Assembly (NCBI GenBank): GCA_943704415.1
Contig: CALSCO010000787.1
Location: forward strand, 1 to 64,000
Length of the DNA stretch: 64,000 bases
Source: Parvularia atlantis
Taxonomy: Eukaryota
Direction of reading: 5' to 3'
Below are positions 24,864 through 38,815 of this stretch, one piece after another. The stretch's first letter is position 1. Every line of letters starts with the position of its first letter. A program made the translations under genes and the position numbers. The notes under the pieces were generated by a model. It was given only the letters and a program-made list of their open reading frames with translations, was not told where the DNA came from and searched no databases.

Positions 24864-27800
24864 TCACATGAAGCCAAACTGACCGACGGACGTGTTGCGG
24901 ATGGCGACGAGCACGCGCTCCGCCAGCTGCTCGCGCGACTCGTACGGCGGCAGCTCGAGCATGTTGAAGCACGTGTGCGACAGCGGCAGCGACGCGGCCG
25001 ACCCGCGCGAGTAGAGCACGAGCGAGAGCTGGATTGAGCCGATCCCGGCCGGCGGCACGCTCGCGCTGCCCGTGACGAACGCGAGCAGCAGGCCCCGGTC
25101 CTCGGCGCTCATCGCCTCGACGCACTCCCAAAACCACTCGATCAGTTGCGGCCGCGCCTGCAGCGCGCTGTCGTAGTGCGTGGCGGCGCGCAGCTGGGCG
25201 GGGCGCGCGCTCACGTCAGCGGACCGCACGTCGCATGGCAGAAACGCACATCGGCCACGGCAAACTCGGTCTCGCCGTTGAGCGCCATCTGCAGCATTGA
25301 CGGCGTGAAGACCGCGAGAAAGTCGCGCGGGATGCTCTGGCTCACGCCCAACACAAAGCTCTGCAGCGGCAGGCTGCGGCCGACGTGGAACCACACGCGC
25401 GCCTGCCGCACGCGCGCATCAGCAACGGCGGCGCAACGCGCACCACGCGCGTGCACCAGCAGGTAGTCGAGGCGGTTCTCGACCGTCACGGGCACGTTGG
25501 CGCCGTCCTCGACCAGGTTGTAGGTCTCACCGCCAGCGGCGTCGGCCGAGAACGTGAGGCCGAGGTCGTTGAACGTCTCGTCGTCCATCAGGCACATCTG
25601 GCGGATCGAGCGCGCCGCGTCCGGGTCGAGGATCTGTGTTGCACGTAGGTGGGTGTTGGCGCACAGCACCGGCACGCTGCGACGGCACGCACCTCAAAGT
25701 CGCCAAAGCCGAGCGTCTCGCCCAGAAGCAGCTTGCACATGGGCAGCGAGATGCACGCGCTGAGGCGGACGTTGTCGCTCATGTACATCAGGCACACGCC
25801 CACGACGCGACCCAGGCGCAGGTAAAACTCGGCCGCGTCGGCCGGGTGGCCGTAGCCGTGCGGCGCAAAGTAGATGTTGCCGTTGCTCACACGCGAGACA
25901 AACTTGCTGCCGTCCTCGCGCAGCTTATTGGCCACAACCGTCATGACGCTGCGGGCGCGCCGTCAGCCACACACTCGCACACAGATCTCACGTCGCACGC
26001 ACCTGCGCAGCACGCCCTTGGCGTCGACGGCCTCGTTGTCCTCGATCGAGATCTTGATGCCACTGCGCAGCTGCGCCGGCGACAGCTGGTCGATCACCTT
26101 CATGAACGAGTCAAACATATGCTCGTCCGGCAGGATCTCGATGCCCGTGGTCGAGTTGTTGACGCCGTCGGCATTGGCCTCGCGGTCCTGCACAACCGTC
26201 AGCGCACGCTGCGCACAGGCGAGCACGCGGCGCACGCATAGTAACTCGTAAAACATGCTCATGCGCTCGTCGAACGCCATCGTGCTCTTGAAGCGCGGGT
26301 AGAGTGCGCGCGGTGTCACGCGATCGGTGACCTGCACGGCGTGTCAGCTACGCACGACCGCATGCGCAGGTTGCAGACCTTGAACTTGGAGCGAGAGAGC
26401 AGCAGCGTGAGGTTGTCAATGCCCTGCAGGCGGAAGAGTACGGCGGGCTGCGGGGCGGGCGCCGGCGTCGCCGGCGGCATCGCGGTGATTGACGTGCTCG
26501 ACGACACGGCCGACTCGTCTGAGCCCTCCTGCAGCGCCGCGGCCTGTGCAGCGGCCTCGAGGCGCTCCTACACGCGGTCGTCAGCCTTCACCCTACCCGC
26601 CAGCGGAGGGGAGGGGGGGCAGGCGAACCTGCTCAGCCTGCATCTGCTTCTCGTGCTCGACGGCGCCCAGCAGCGTCTCGACGTTGAGCGCCTCAAGATC
26701 ACCGCCCGGGTACGCGTTGTTGCTGATCGCCTGGATGACCGTGTGCTCGTCGTAGCCCATCTCGGCCTGCACACGCACGTCAGACAGTAGCATCCCCGCC
26801 AGCACGCGCCGCACGCACAAACTGCTGGATCACCGCGGTGATGTGCTTGGTCACCTGGACAATCAGCATCAGCACCTCTTGGCCCTCGGGGCGCGTCGCC
26901 TTCATCGGGTCGCGCGTGATGTCGGCCAGCGCCACATCCAGACGGATCTCCACCTCGTTCTGCGTCCACGCACGTCAGGCACGCTCGGCTGCCGAGTCGC
27001 GACGCACCTCGGTGCGGTTGTGCTCAAAGATGCTGCGGATGACCTTGAGCGTGACCATGATCACGCCCGGCTGGTAGCCCATGCGCGCCAGCAGGTCGAC
27101 CGTGAAGTCGTACGCGGCGCTGTCGTGCGACGTCAGTGGCCGACACACAAAGCACACCGCAGCGCACCGCGTCGTCTCCGAGCGGATGCCCATGCTGACG
27201 CAGCGGCCGATCTGGCGGCCGGCGATGGCGCGGCGCACGAGCGTCGGCGGGAAGTGTACGCCGTTGGCCGGGCGCGCGTCCTTCGCACGTGCGCGCACGT
27301 GAGTGGACGTGTCCATGCGCAGCGGGCCTCGCACCTGCAGGTGGCGCTTCACGTTGTCGCTCGTGACGGTCGCGTCGATGTCGAGCAGCGCCTTCATCAC
27401 GGCAAAGCGGACCTTGTCGAGGTTGTGCGTCGCAAGCAGCGGTTCGAGGAGGCGCTGCTGTGCCGGGCTGAGCATCGCCATGGCGAGCTGCGGCGAGAGC
27501 TCGTCGCCAACGTAGAGCGACAGCGTGGCTGTGGGTTGCGTGAGTGTGCCGTCGCGCGGCAGCTGGGCCACGCACCAAAGAGCAGCTTGCGCACGTACTC
27601 GACGCGCTCGTCGATCTTGGCCGACGTGAAGATGATCTATCGCGCGCGCACGACCAGCTCAGAGTGCAGACGAACGCGGGCGGCAACGCACCTGGCTCTG
27701 GTCGACGCCGAGCGCCGTGGCGTAGTTTTCGCGCAGCGCCACCTCACGCGTGCGCAGCTCGTCCGTGTAGGCGTCAGTCTGGTGCGTGTATGTGAGCGCA

Positions 27801-30800
27801 GCTGTGGTGCGACTGCACACGGCGCACCTTGTTGATGAACACGAGAAACTCCTTGTTCTTGGCACTGGTGTACAAGGCATGCGTGAGCGCGGCGAGCATT
27901 GACACGCGTGAGCACGCACCGGATCATGTCGACGATGCGCCGCTCAGGCTCGGCCACGTGACCAATCGAGAACAGGCTGCGTGAGGTCGGCGTGAGAACG
28001 CGCGCCTCGGCCACGGCCACGCGCACCAGATGAAGAACGTGGTGATGTCGGCCATGCGCTGGGTCACGTTGGCGATGTGCGCGCGCTCGTCGGTCGCGCC
28101 GGGGAAGTCTGGGCGCGATACTGTCCGGCAGTGCACCACATGCCCCAACGCGCGACGCACCCGCAATCTCAAAGCACAGGTCGTCGTCGTCCGTCATGTT
28201 GAGGTCGCCGCCGAGGTGGAACATCTGCACCGCCTCGGTGCGCTCGATCAGGTCTGCCTGAGCGACTGGTCAGCACGCTTTCCGCCGCGCGCATGCCGGC
28301 CGCACGGACCTTGCTGTTGACGCCAAAGAGCTTATTGACCATGGTCGACTTGCCCGCGTTGTGCACGCCCACGAACGATAGCACAATCTGGCGCTGGAAC
28401 AGGCGGCGCAGGCGGCCAAAGCGGCCGACGGCGGCCAGCCATCGCGCGATGGTCAGGCGTGACGCCTCGGTGGCGCGGCGGTACACGCTCTTCTCGCCGG
28501 CGGCGTCCGAGATCGCGTCGATCTGCAGCCGATGTCAGGCTCAAGCGAACGGCGCACCGGCGAGCGCACCAGCTGCCGCTCGTCCAGCACGGCCTTGATC
28601 TCCTTCACGTCGACCTCGTGCAGCGCCTGAGAGGTGGACGAGGCGATGCGCCGCCACTGCTCGTGGATGGCGACTTCGAGGCTCGGGATCTCCTCGAGGT
28701 ACAGGTCCGGGTCGCCGCCCATGGTGATCAGCAGCAGCTTGAGCATCTGCAGGTACTGGCGGCTGGGCGGATCCTGTCCTGCCGCGTCAGCGCAAGCCGT
28801 GCAGCCCGCTGAGGCCGCGCACCTGGATGGCCGACATGCCGCGCGAGACGATGGTCGAGCCGATCGCGGTGATGAGCCCGCCCGGCAGCATCAGCAGCAC
28901 AGTCGGGACGAGCAACGCGATGGCGGCGGGGCTCGCGAACGGGTCGCCGAGCGGGTTGCGCTGCGAGTTGGAGTACACCTGCGCAGGCGGCCTGAGCAGT
29001 TGTGCAAGAGACACTCGCACTGCGCACCACTGCGCCCACAGCCGCAGCGGGGATCAGTGCCGGCAGCAGCGCGACCGTGCCGGCGATGGTGAGCACGCCG
29101 CCGAGGAACACGCCGATGGCGCCGATGACGCGCTGCAGGCCCTTGGTGAAGCGGTTGTAGAACTCGATCGAGACCTGCGGCAGCGACATGGTCACACACG
29201 AGCAGAGCACGGCGGCGGCACGCGGCGCACCGGGTGGCTCATGAACGCCAGCATGCGTGACACGACCGGGTCAAAGTCCGCACGGGCCACGTAGATCTGG
29301 TCGGCGCTGCGATCGCGCGTGAGCCCGGCGAGACCGCGAATGCGAGCGCACCGATTGTACTGCGCGCAGATCGCCCAGGTCTCCTTCGTGCCGAGCAAGA
29401 TGTCCTCGAGGTCGGCCATCATGCGGAGCATCGGCGGCAGCTCGACTGCGCCCGCACAATATGAGGCCGGAAACGGTGAAGGGCAGCAAAAACGCACTGT
29501 TGCACAGGTTCACCCAGCCGTCGTCGGTGTCGGCAGCCTTGCCGCGGTCGCGGCGCGTGTGAATGGCGTGCGTGTGCGCGAGCATGCCTGCGCCGCCAAA
29601 GTGAGCGTGAGCACCACGGCGAGCGGCATGCACACGTACCGCGCAGGAAGGCGCCCTCGAGCAGCTCGCGGTTGACGCTGGCGTAGAGCATCGCAGACGG
29701 CGGCTGGCCTGCGTGGGGACGCTATCAGCACACGAGCCATCACGCTGCGCAGCAGACGCACCCTGCGTGTGATGCACCGTCTGCACGATGAACGCGGCCG
29801 TGTCGCCAAAGTCGGTGCGCAGCACAACCGGGCCCGGCGCGGTGAAGTAGCAGCCGACGGCGACGATGCGCGCCTCCTCGGTCGCCGCATTCTGCACAAA
29901 CATGCCCTCGACGTCGTCCTTGTGGTCTGTGGCGGCGCAGAGTCAGCGACCTCCGCCCCGCGCGTGCCTTGTGCGGTGCGCACCACCGACGATCTGCAGT
30001 AGCAGCGGCTGGTTGCCCTTCGAGCCCGGGATCATGGCGCCGTTGACCGACGCGCTTGTGCGCGAGCGTCAAAGACGCCGTGTTGACCTGCGTGCAGCCG
30101 CGCACCGGCCGATGATCGGCTCGAGGTTGCGACCGGCGAGTACAAAGTCGTGGCGCGACGTGTTGGTCACGTTGGTGACGGTGCCTGCGCTGCGCGGTCA
30201 GTCTCGTCGCGGGTGCGCGCGCGAGGGCAGGGCAGCACGCACACTTGGTGAGCGACGGCACAAGGTACGACAGCAGCACCGTGTGGCCTACCTCGGCCTC
30301 GAGCTCGTCGCTCAGGAACGCCGTCGCGAGCGGCTCCATGTGGTTGCGCAGCTGCCGCACCACGCGTGAGTGCACGTGCGTTAAAGGGCAAGCGCACCGC
30401 GACGCTAGACGACTTGCCCGAGCTGTAGGCGTGGACCATGCGCCCGCGCACGGCGTCGTTGCCGCCCTTCTCGAGCCGGAGGCGGAAGGACGCGCCGAGC
30501 ATCGCCATCATGCCGCGTTGCTCGCGGAAGACGTGCCTGTGCGCCTTGTACGTGAGCCTGTGCACGCACGAGCCCAGCGCCACGCACGCGCCAAAAGGCG
30601 ACAGGCGCACGTCGGCAGCGTCAAGCTCGTTTGCGCGGACCATCGCGGCCGCGTTGCGTACGTCGCTCTCGAGCGCGAGCATCTCTACGCGCACAGCGCA
30701 TGAGACAACGAGAGCACGAGACCAGCGGACGCACCGGACTGCGTCGCGGCGATGCCCGACGTGCTCATCTTGATGAGGCGCTCGGTCACGCCGACGATGC

Positions 30801-32586
30801 GGTACGCGTCGGCGCTCGTGTCTTGCTGCAGCGCGCGCGCGCCGCTGACCTCGGCCGCAAGCGTGGCCATCTCGACGAGCGGATCACTGTCGCTCATGAA
30901 CGTGACGTGGTCGACCGCGAAGCCGTCGTGCGCTGCGCTGGGTCGTTGGCTGCGGGAGGCGTGCGTGCGGGAGGCGCGGCACGCACCGAGGTTGTCGGCG
31001 AGGCGCGACGACATGCAGCAGGGCGAGGAGAACGTAACGGCGCGGACGTGGATCGCGCTCGCGGCCCGGGCGCGGCGGGAGTTGGCAAAGGCTTTCGAAG
31101 ACGCAACGCTTGCTGCCCGTGCGCCCGTTGTTAGCTCGCAAGCACGCCAGCACGCCGCACGCACCGTAGCGCGCAAAGACGGCGGCCATGTGCGCGACCG
31201 CGCCACTGACCGAGTGGCCGCAGAAGATGAGCCGGCGCGGCTGCTGCTGGCGGTCGTCGCTCTTGGCCGGCTCTGCGCGCGCCGTGTGAGCGACTGTTAC
31301 CGCCAGAACGCGCACGCACTGCTGGGTGTAACGGCCGGCGGCGTGTGTGCGCGCAGCTTGCGCGTGCCGAGGCTGCGCACGGCGCTGATGCCGACCATGT
31401 TGTTGATCGCCGTGCCGAGGTTGGACCGCTTGCTGGCGGCCGACTCGCCGCCAACGCCCGCCGCCGACGCCGTCGCGGCCATCGTCGCCGTCACGAACGC
31501 GGTTGTGGTCGAATGGCGCACGCTGCCGGACGGGTGCTGCGGCATAATAAACGCGATGGGGTTCGCGCGTGCGCTGCTCGCGGCGCCTGCGGCCGCGGCG
31601 GGCACGGCCGTGTTGACCGGCGTGCCAATGAGCTCCGTCTGCGGCTTGCGGCACAGCTCCAGCAGCAGGTTAATCGGCAGGTGCCTGCGCGCACGTGTGA
31701 GGCTCAGCACGCAAAGCGAGAAGGTGACGCACTGCGCGAGCGTCACGGCAGCCGTGTTGGCCGAGCCAAACTCGCCGACGCGCGAGGGCACTGCGACGCA
31801 GCGTCAGCCACCCGTCGGCAACGAGGCAAGAACAGCGGCACGCACCGCCCGGGTCGAGCAGCGCGCGGAGCTGCGCGCCGTTGGAGACGCAGTCGATCGC
31901 GACGACGACGGCCTCGTCCGACACGGCGACGAGGTAGCGCAGCGTCGCCTCGGCGCGCGACACGGCGGCGGCGAAAAAGTCGTGCTGCTTGAGTCGCGCC
32001 GGGTCGTTGAAGAACGCGAGGGCGGCACGCGAGCTGCTCTCACACGGCTCGACGTTGGGCGCGACACGCTCGTAGATAGGCGGCGCGACGCCCGGCGGCG
32101 GCGGCGCGTCGCTCAGCAGCGCCTCGATCGCGGTCTGCGCGCGGCCGACGTCGTCCCACGGGATCACGAGGCGCGGCAGCGCGTCGTCGGCGGCCGTGGC
32201 CGTCGCGTCGTGCACGGCGTGCGAGCCGTCGCTCAGCCGCGCCTCGTACGTGCCCGGGCGCAGCTCGGCCTCGCTGTCAATGAAGAAGACGCCCGACGGC
32301 TGCGCCGGGAAGAGGAAGCCGTCGTCACTGCGCAGCGCCGTCACGCGCCAGCCGCGCGCGCGCAGCCGATCGAGCTCGCCCTGTGCGCGCCGCATCAGGC
32401 GTGGCCTCGCATGCGCCCGCGACGCACCTGCACCGCCGCCACCGTCACCATCTGCGCGCGCGGGAAGCGCAGCGAGACCGGCGCCGCGTCCGCGCCGTGC
32501 ACGTCGGCCATCGGCAGCACCACGACGAAGCCGGCGCCGCTGCCGCCGCCCGCCGCGTCCTTGCGGCCGAAGAGATGCGCCAACAT
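24864..32586 (-). CDS. Giant multidomain protein: lipase class 3-like + TM hairpin + TRAFAC GTPase + UBA-like repeats + HECT E3 ligase
   Basis: ATG 32586; about 30 canonical GT-AG introns traced in one continuous frame. LIFCGHSVSGAVA/HVRAVTFSSP (lipase); G1 GVHNAGKST, G3 DFPG, G4 NKTD, G5 SAK; MGY UBA-like motifs; AVDAKGVLR, LLAFVTGS, LPLSHTCFNMLELPPYES..GFM* (HECT); TGA 24864. Confidence 0.85.
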
Positions 32587-33121
32587 CCGGACTGATGACG
32601 TTAACTGTCACACAACTGTGGCCGTCGACGCGTCACACACAGCACGCCTTGTCACAACGGAGCGAGGCGTTCCTTGGCGGATCGTCAGCTTGGCGTGCTC
32701 GCCCTGGCCCGCGCGCTCGGCTTTGATGAGCGTGGCGTGCTCGCCCTCAGCCCACGCGCTCCGCCTCGATGATCCCGCGCAGCGCGCGCAGGCATCACGG
32801 TCTCTTCCTGTGCGCCCTACTGCACACCGACTCGGAGCGCACACACAAACACGGAAACGCGGGAGGGAAACAAACTTGGACTGGTGTCTGGACGAGAGGG
32901 CAAAAGACGAGCGGGGCCTGCTGTTGTGCGCTCGCTCGCTCGGAGGCAGGCGCGCTCAGGCTGGTGTCGGCTACGATCAGGTCGAAAACGCGCCCGCAGG
33001 CGGCTTCCAGGTCGCTTCTGCATGGTGTGGTCACCGCCCTTGGCGCGCTCCGCCAGGAACCTCTTGCGCATGGCGACGAGCGTGCGCGTCAGGTCATCCT
33101 CCTCACCCTCCGCGGCGTGCT

Positions 33122-33834
33122 TCAGTTGGAGGTGTTCACGCCATCGTCGGCCCGCGTGGACGTAGGGATGTTGTACGTGTTGAGCTTGATGTTGCGCAGC
33201 TCGATCAGCGAAGCAAATGTGCCCGAGTAGCTGAACGTGCGGCTGAAGGCGGCCGTCGAGTTGTTCGCGGTGCCCGTCTCGAAGGAAAACTGGTAGTAGC
33301 TGTTGCTAGAGACGGCCTGAAAGCCAAAGTCGCTCCCGGCTGGCCGCCCGTAGTAGCCGAGCAGCGCCGCGACGTCGGCAGCAGCGAACTCGGCCGAAGC
33401 AGAGCCGAAGTAGTAGTCGTTGTACGTCGCCGAGATTTAGTATAGGCGCGTGCCACGACGGGCGTGCAGACGCTGCGCGAGTAGGACGTGGGCGACGCGC
33501 ACGAGTAAACCTGAGCCGCGCACACGCAGGTGTCAACCACTGAGGCCCTGCTGCATGGGCTGCCCGGGCCGTGCTCGCTGGTCACCTGGTAGTACGAGTC
33601 GTACGAGCACGAGAAGCCACCCTGCAGCAGTCCCACGGGCAAGTCGACCGAGTAGATGTAGAAGCGCGGGTAGTTGTACGAGGACGCGTAGTTGGACGGG
33701 CCGCGGGTGCCGTTAAGGCACATGTTCGCGTCGATCAGACGGGCGGGCGCAAAGCCGGCCGAAGCCGTGCCGGCGGCCGCGACGGCGAGAAGGACGACCG
33801 TGACGAACACGAGCACGCGGGCGCCGAGGGCCGT
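33122..33834 (-). pseudogene. Secreted Tyr/Ser-rich protein locus with ACG in place of ATG and at least one frameshift
   Basis: GCA ACG GCC CTC GGC gives (T)ALGARVLVFVTVVLLAVAAAGTASA, a signal-peptide-like start with an in-frame TGA upstream. The frame changes at ACT AAA TCT (33436-33438) into ISATYNDYYFG..; coding-like frames continue past 33122 to about 32900. Confidence 0.55.
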
Positions 33835-33912
33835 TGCAGAGATCCTGCCGCTAGCGAGGCGTCAGCGCGCTGAACCGAGTTACTGGAACATTCCGATCTG
33901 TGATCGGCTACC

Positions 33913-35612
33913 ATGGCGACGCGTGTCACGCAGCTGCTGCAGCGCGCGCGGACGCTGCGGGGCGCCGGCGACCGCTTCATCTCGCAGGTGCGCCGCGTGC
34001 TTTGCTCGTGCGCCCCGCTGATCGCGCCGGATCGCGCCGGATCGCGCCGGATCGCAGGACTTTGCGCGCGAGTTTGCGGCGCTCTACGCGCAGCTTGCTA
34101 CGGCCGATCAGCGCCGCGACGTGCTGCGGACGCTCGGCCGCGAGTTTGGCGTGCGCCCAGCCGCGCTGCGCGACGCGGCGCAGCTGCTGCAACGCGCCGA
34201 TGCGACGCAGCCGCTGACCGTCGTGCGTTTCGGGCGCTGCGCATCGACGCGCCCGAGACGACTGATCCACGACGGCGCGCGCGCATCAGGGCGATGCGCG
34301 GATGCCGGCGCTCGTCGATCAGTGGGCGCGCGCGGCCCGCCCGGCCCACGCCGCGCTGCTCGCGACGCTGGCGCAGCTGCCCGAGGGAATGGGGCTGGTG
34401 CTGCGGCTGCGCAGCGACGCCGTGGTGCGCTGCGCGGCCCGGTCTCGTCACCGATGACGCCGCACTGATCGCAACGTGAGCAGCGGCTGCGCGGCCAGGG
34501 CGACGCCGACGCCGACGGGGCGCTGCGTGCGCTCGACCACGCGCTGAGGCGGCAGCTGCAGGACTGGTTCGCGCTCGGCTTCTTGCAGCTGCGGCGCGTG
34601 CGCTGGGACGAGACGCCGGCCGAGGTGCTCGAGAAGGTGCTGCTGTTGATCGCCTGCGGCCCGAACGTGGCTCAGCTGCGGCGCGGCGCACAGATCATCG
34701 AGTACGAGGCCGTGCACAGCATACACGACTGGGCGGCGCTCAAGCAACGGCTCGTTGGCCCGCGGCGCTGTTTTGCGTTCTTCCACCCGAGCCTGCCGCG
34801 TGAGCCGCTTGTCTTTGTCGAGGTCGCGCTGCTGGACGCGATCGCGAGCAGCGTGCAGGCGAGCTGTGCGCGTTGTGCCTGTGCGCTGTCTGACGCGGTC
34901 GGCATGCAGGCGATCCTCGACGAGCCCGTGCCGAGCAGCACCGCCGAGGTCGCGCCGCCTCCCACGACCGCAGTCTTCTACGGCATCACGGCGACGCAGC
35001 CGGGGCTCGCAGGCGTCGAGCTCGGCAACTACCTGATCAAAGAGGTCGTGCGCACGCTGCAGGGTGCGTTACTGGTTGCTCTGACGTGCAGTGCTCATCG
35101 CCGACAAGCAGTCGAGCAGCCGTCGCTGAGCACGTTTGTGACGCTGTCGCCGATGCCGGGCTTTGCGGCGTGGCTGCGCGCGTTGCTCGTGCGCATCGAC
35201 GCAAACGTCTCGGCCGCCGAGCGCGACTTGCTGCGCGCGATGAACGACACGCCGCGCTGGCACGATGACGCGTCGCTCGCCGCCTCGCTGCGGCCGTTGC
35301 TGCTGGTGCGCGCGTCGTGCTCGCTCACAACCCCGCTCACACCGTCGGCAGCGGCTCGGCGCGCAGTACCTTGTGAACGAGAAGCAGCGCGCGATGGCGC
35401 TCGATCCCGTCGCCAACTTCCACCTGCGCAACGGCGCGTGGCTGTGGCGGCTCAATTGGCTCGCCGACATAAGCGCCAAGGGCCTGGCGCAGTCGCACGG
35501 GCTGATGGTCAACTACCGCTACGTGCTCGACGACCTCGCGACGAACCACCAGCGCTACCTCGAGCGCGGCACGATCGCGGTCGCGGACGACGTGCACGGG
35601 CTGTTGGGGTGA
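33913..35612 (+). CDS. MLYCD: Malonyl-CoA decarboxylase
   Basis: WFALGFLQLRRVRWDETPAEVLEKIIEYEAVH, RRCFAFFHPSLPREPLVFVEVAL, AVFYGITATQPGLAGVELGNYLIK, FVTLSPMPGF, DPVANFHLRNGA, GLMVNYRY. Confidence 0.95.
34020..34056. repeat. GATCGCGCCG tandem repeat (x3 plus partial) in MLYCD intron 1
   Basis: Directly visible. Confidence 0.85.
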
Positions 35613-35662
35613 GAGAATTGTTAGGCCTGCATGCTGCACACACGCACGGCCTCGCGCGCCAC

Positions 35663-38474
<2,812 letters not shown>

Positions 38475-38569
38475 CGCGAGAGAAGAAGAAGAAGGGCGAT
38501 CTGCGCGGCGAGGCGTCAGCCATGCCTGTCGCCGCACACGCCATCGGGCGCTTGTCATGGCTTATGAAG

Positions 38570-38772
38570 AAAACACGAGCTGCGGCGCTCCTGTAAGGCA
38601 CGCGAACTGAACGCGTGCGCTCGCTGTCTGGGCTCGCGAGCCCTCCGCAATGCTGTGCGCGTGCCCTGTGCTGCCTGCGAGCTTTCCGCACTGCAGCGCT
38701 GCAGCGATCGCAGCCCATGATCAAAACATGAGCTACGGACGCCTTGATGACGCCGCGCGTAAAACATGAGCT
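38570..38772. promoter_or_regulatory. Three copies of AAAACA(C/T)GAGCT in the ProRS/shootin-like divergent intergenic region
   Basis: Copies at 38570-38581, 38723-38734 and 38761-38772; function inferred. Confidence 0.4.
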
Positions 38773-38815
38773 CAGGCGTGCCGTGAGAAAACGCCGTTTC
38801 ATCCGGTCGGTCGGG

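Noticed and set aside
27120..27200. RING or zinc finger (CAAVCFVC) in the HECT gene
   Set aside because: The cysteines come from a translated intron.
30752..33445. 897-aa plus-strand ORF (and many similar long ORFs in the track)
   Set aside because: Antisense shadow of minus-strand genes in GC-rich DNA; Arg/Ala-rich, with no recognisable motif.
35590..35625. Cryptic PTS1 by stop read-through in MLYCD (also checked for citrate synthase)
   Set aside because: The read-through extensions do not end in an SKL-like tripeptide.
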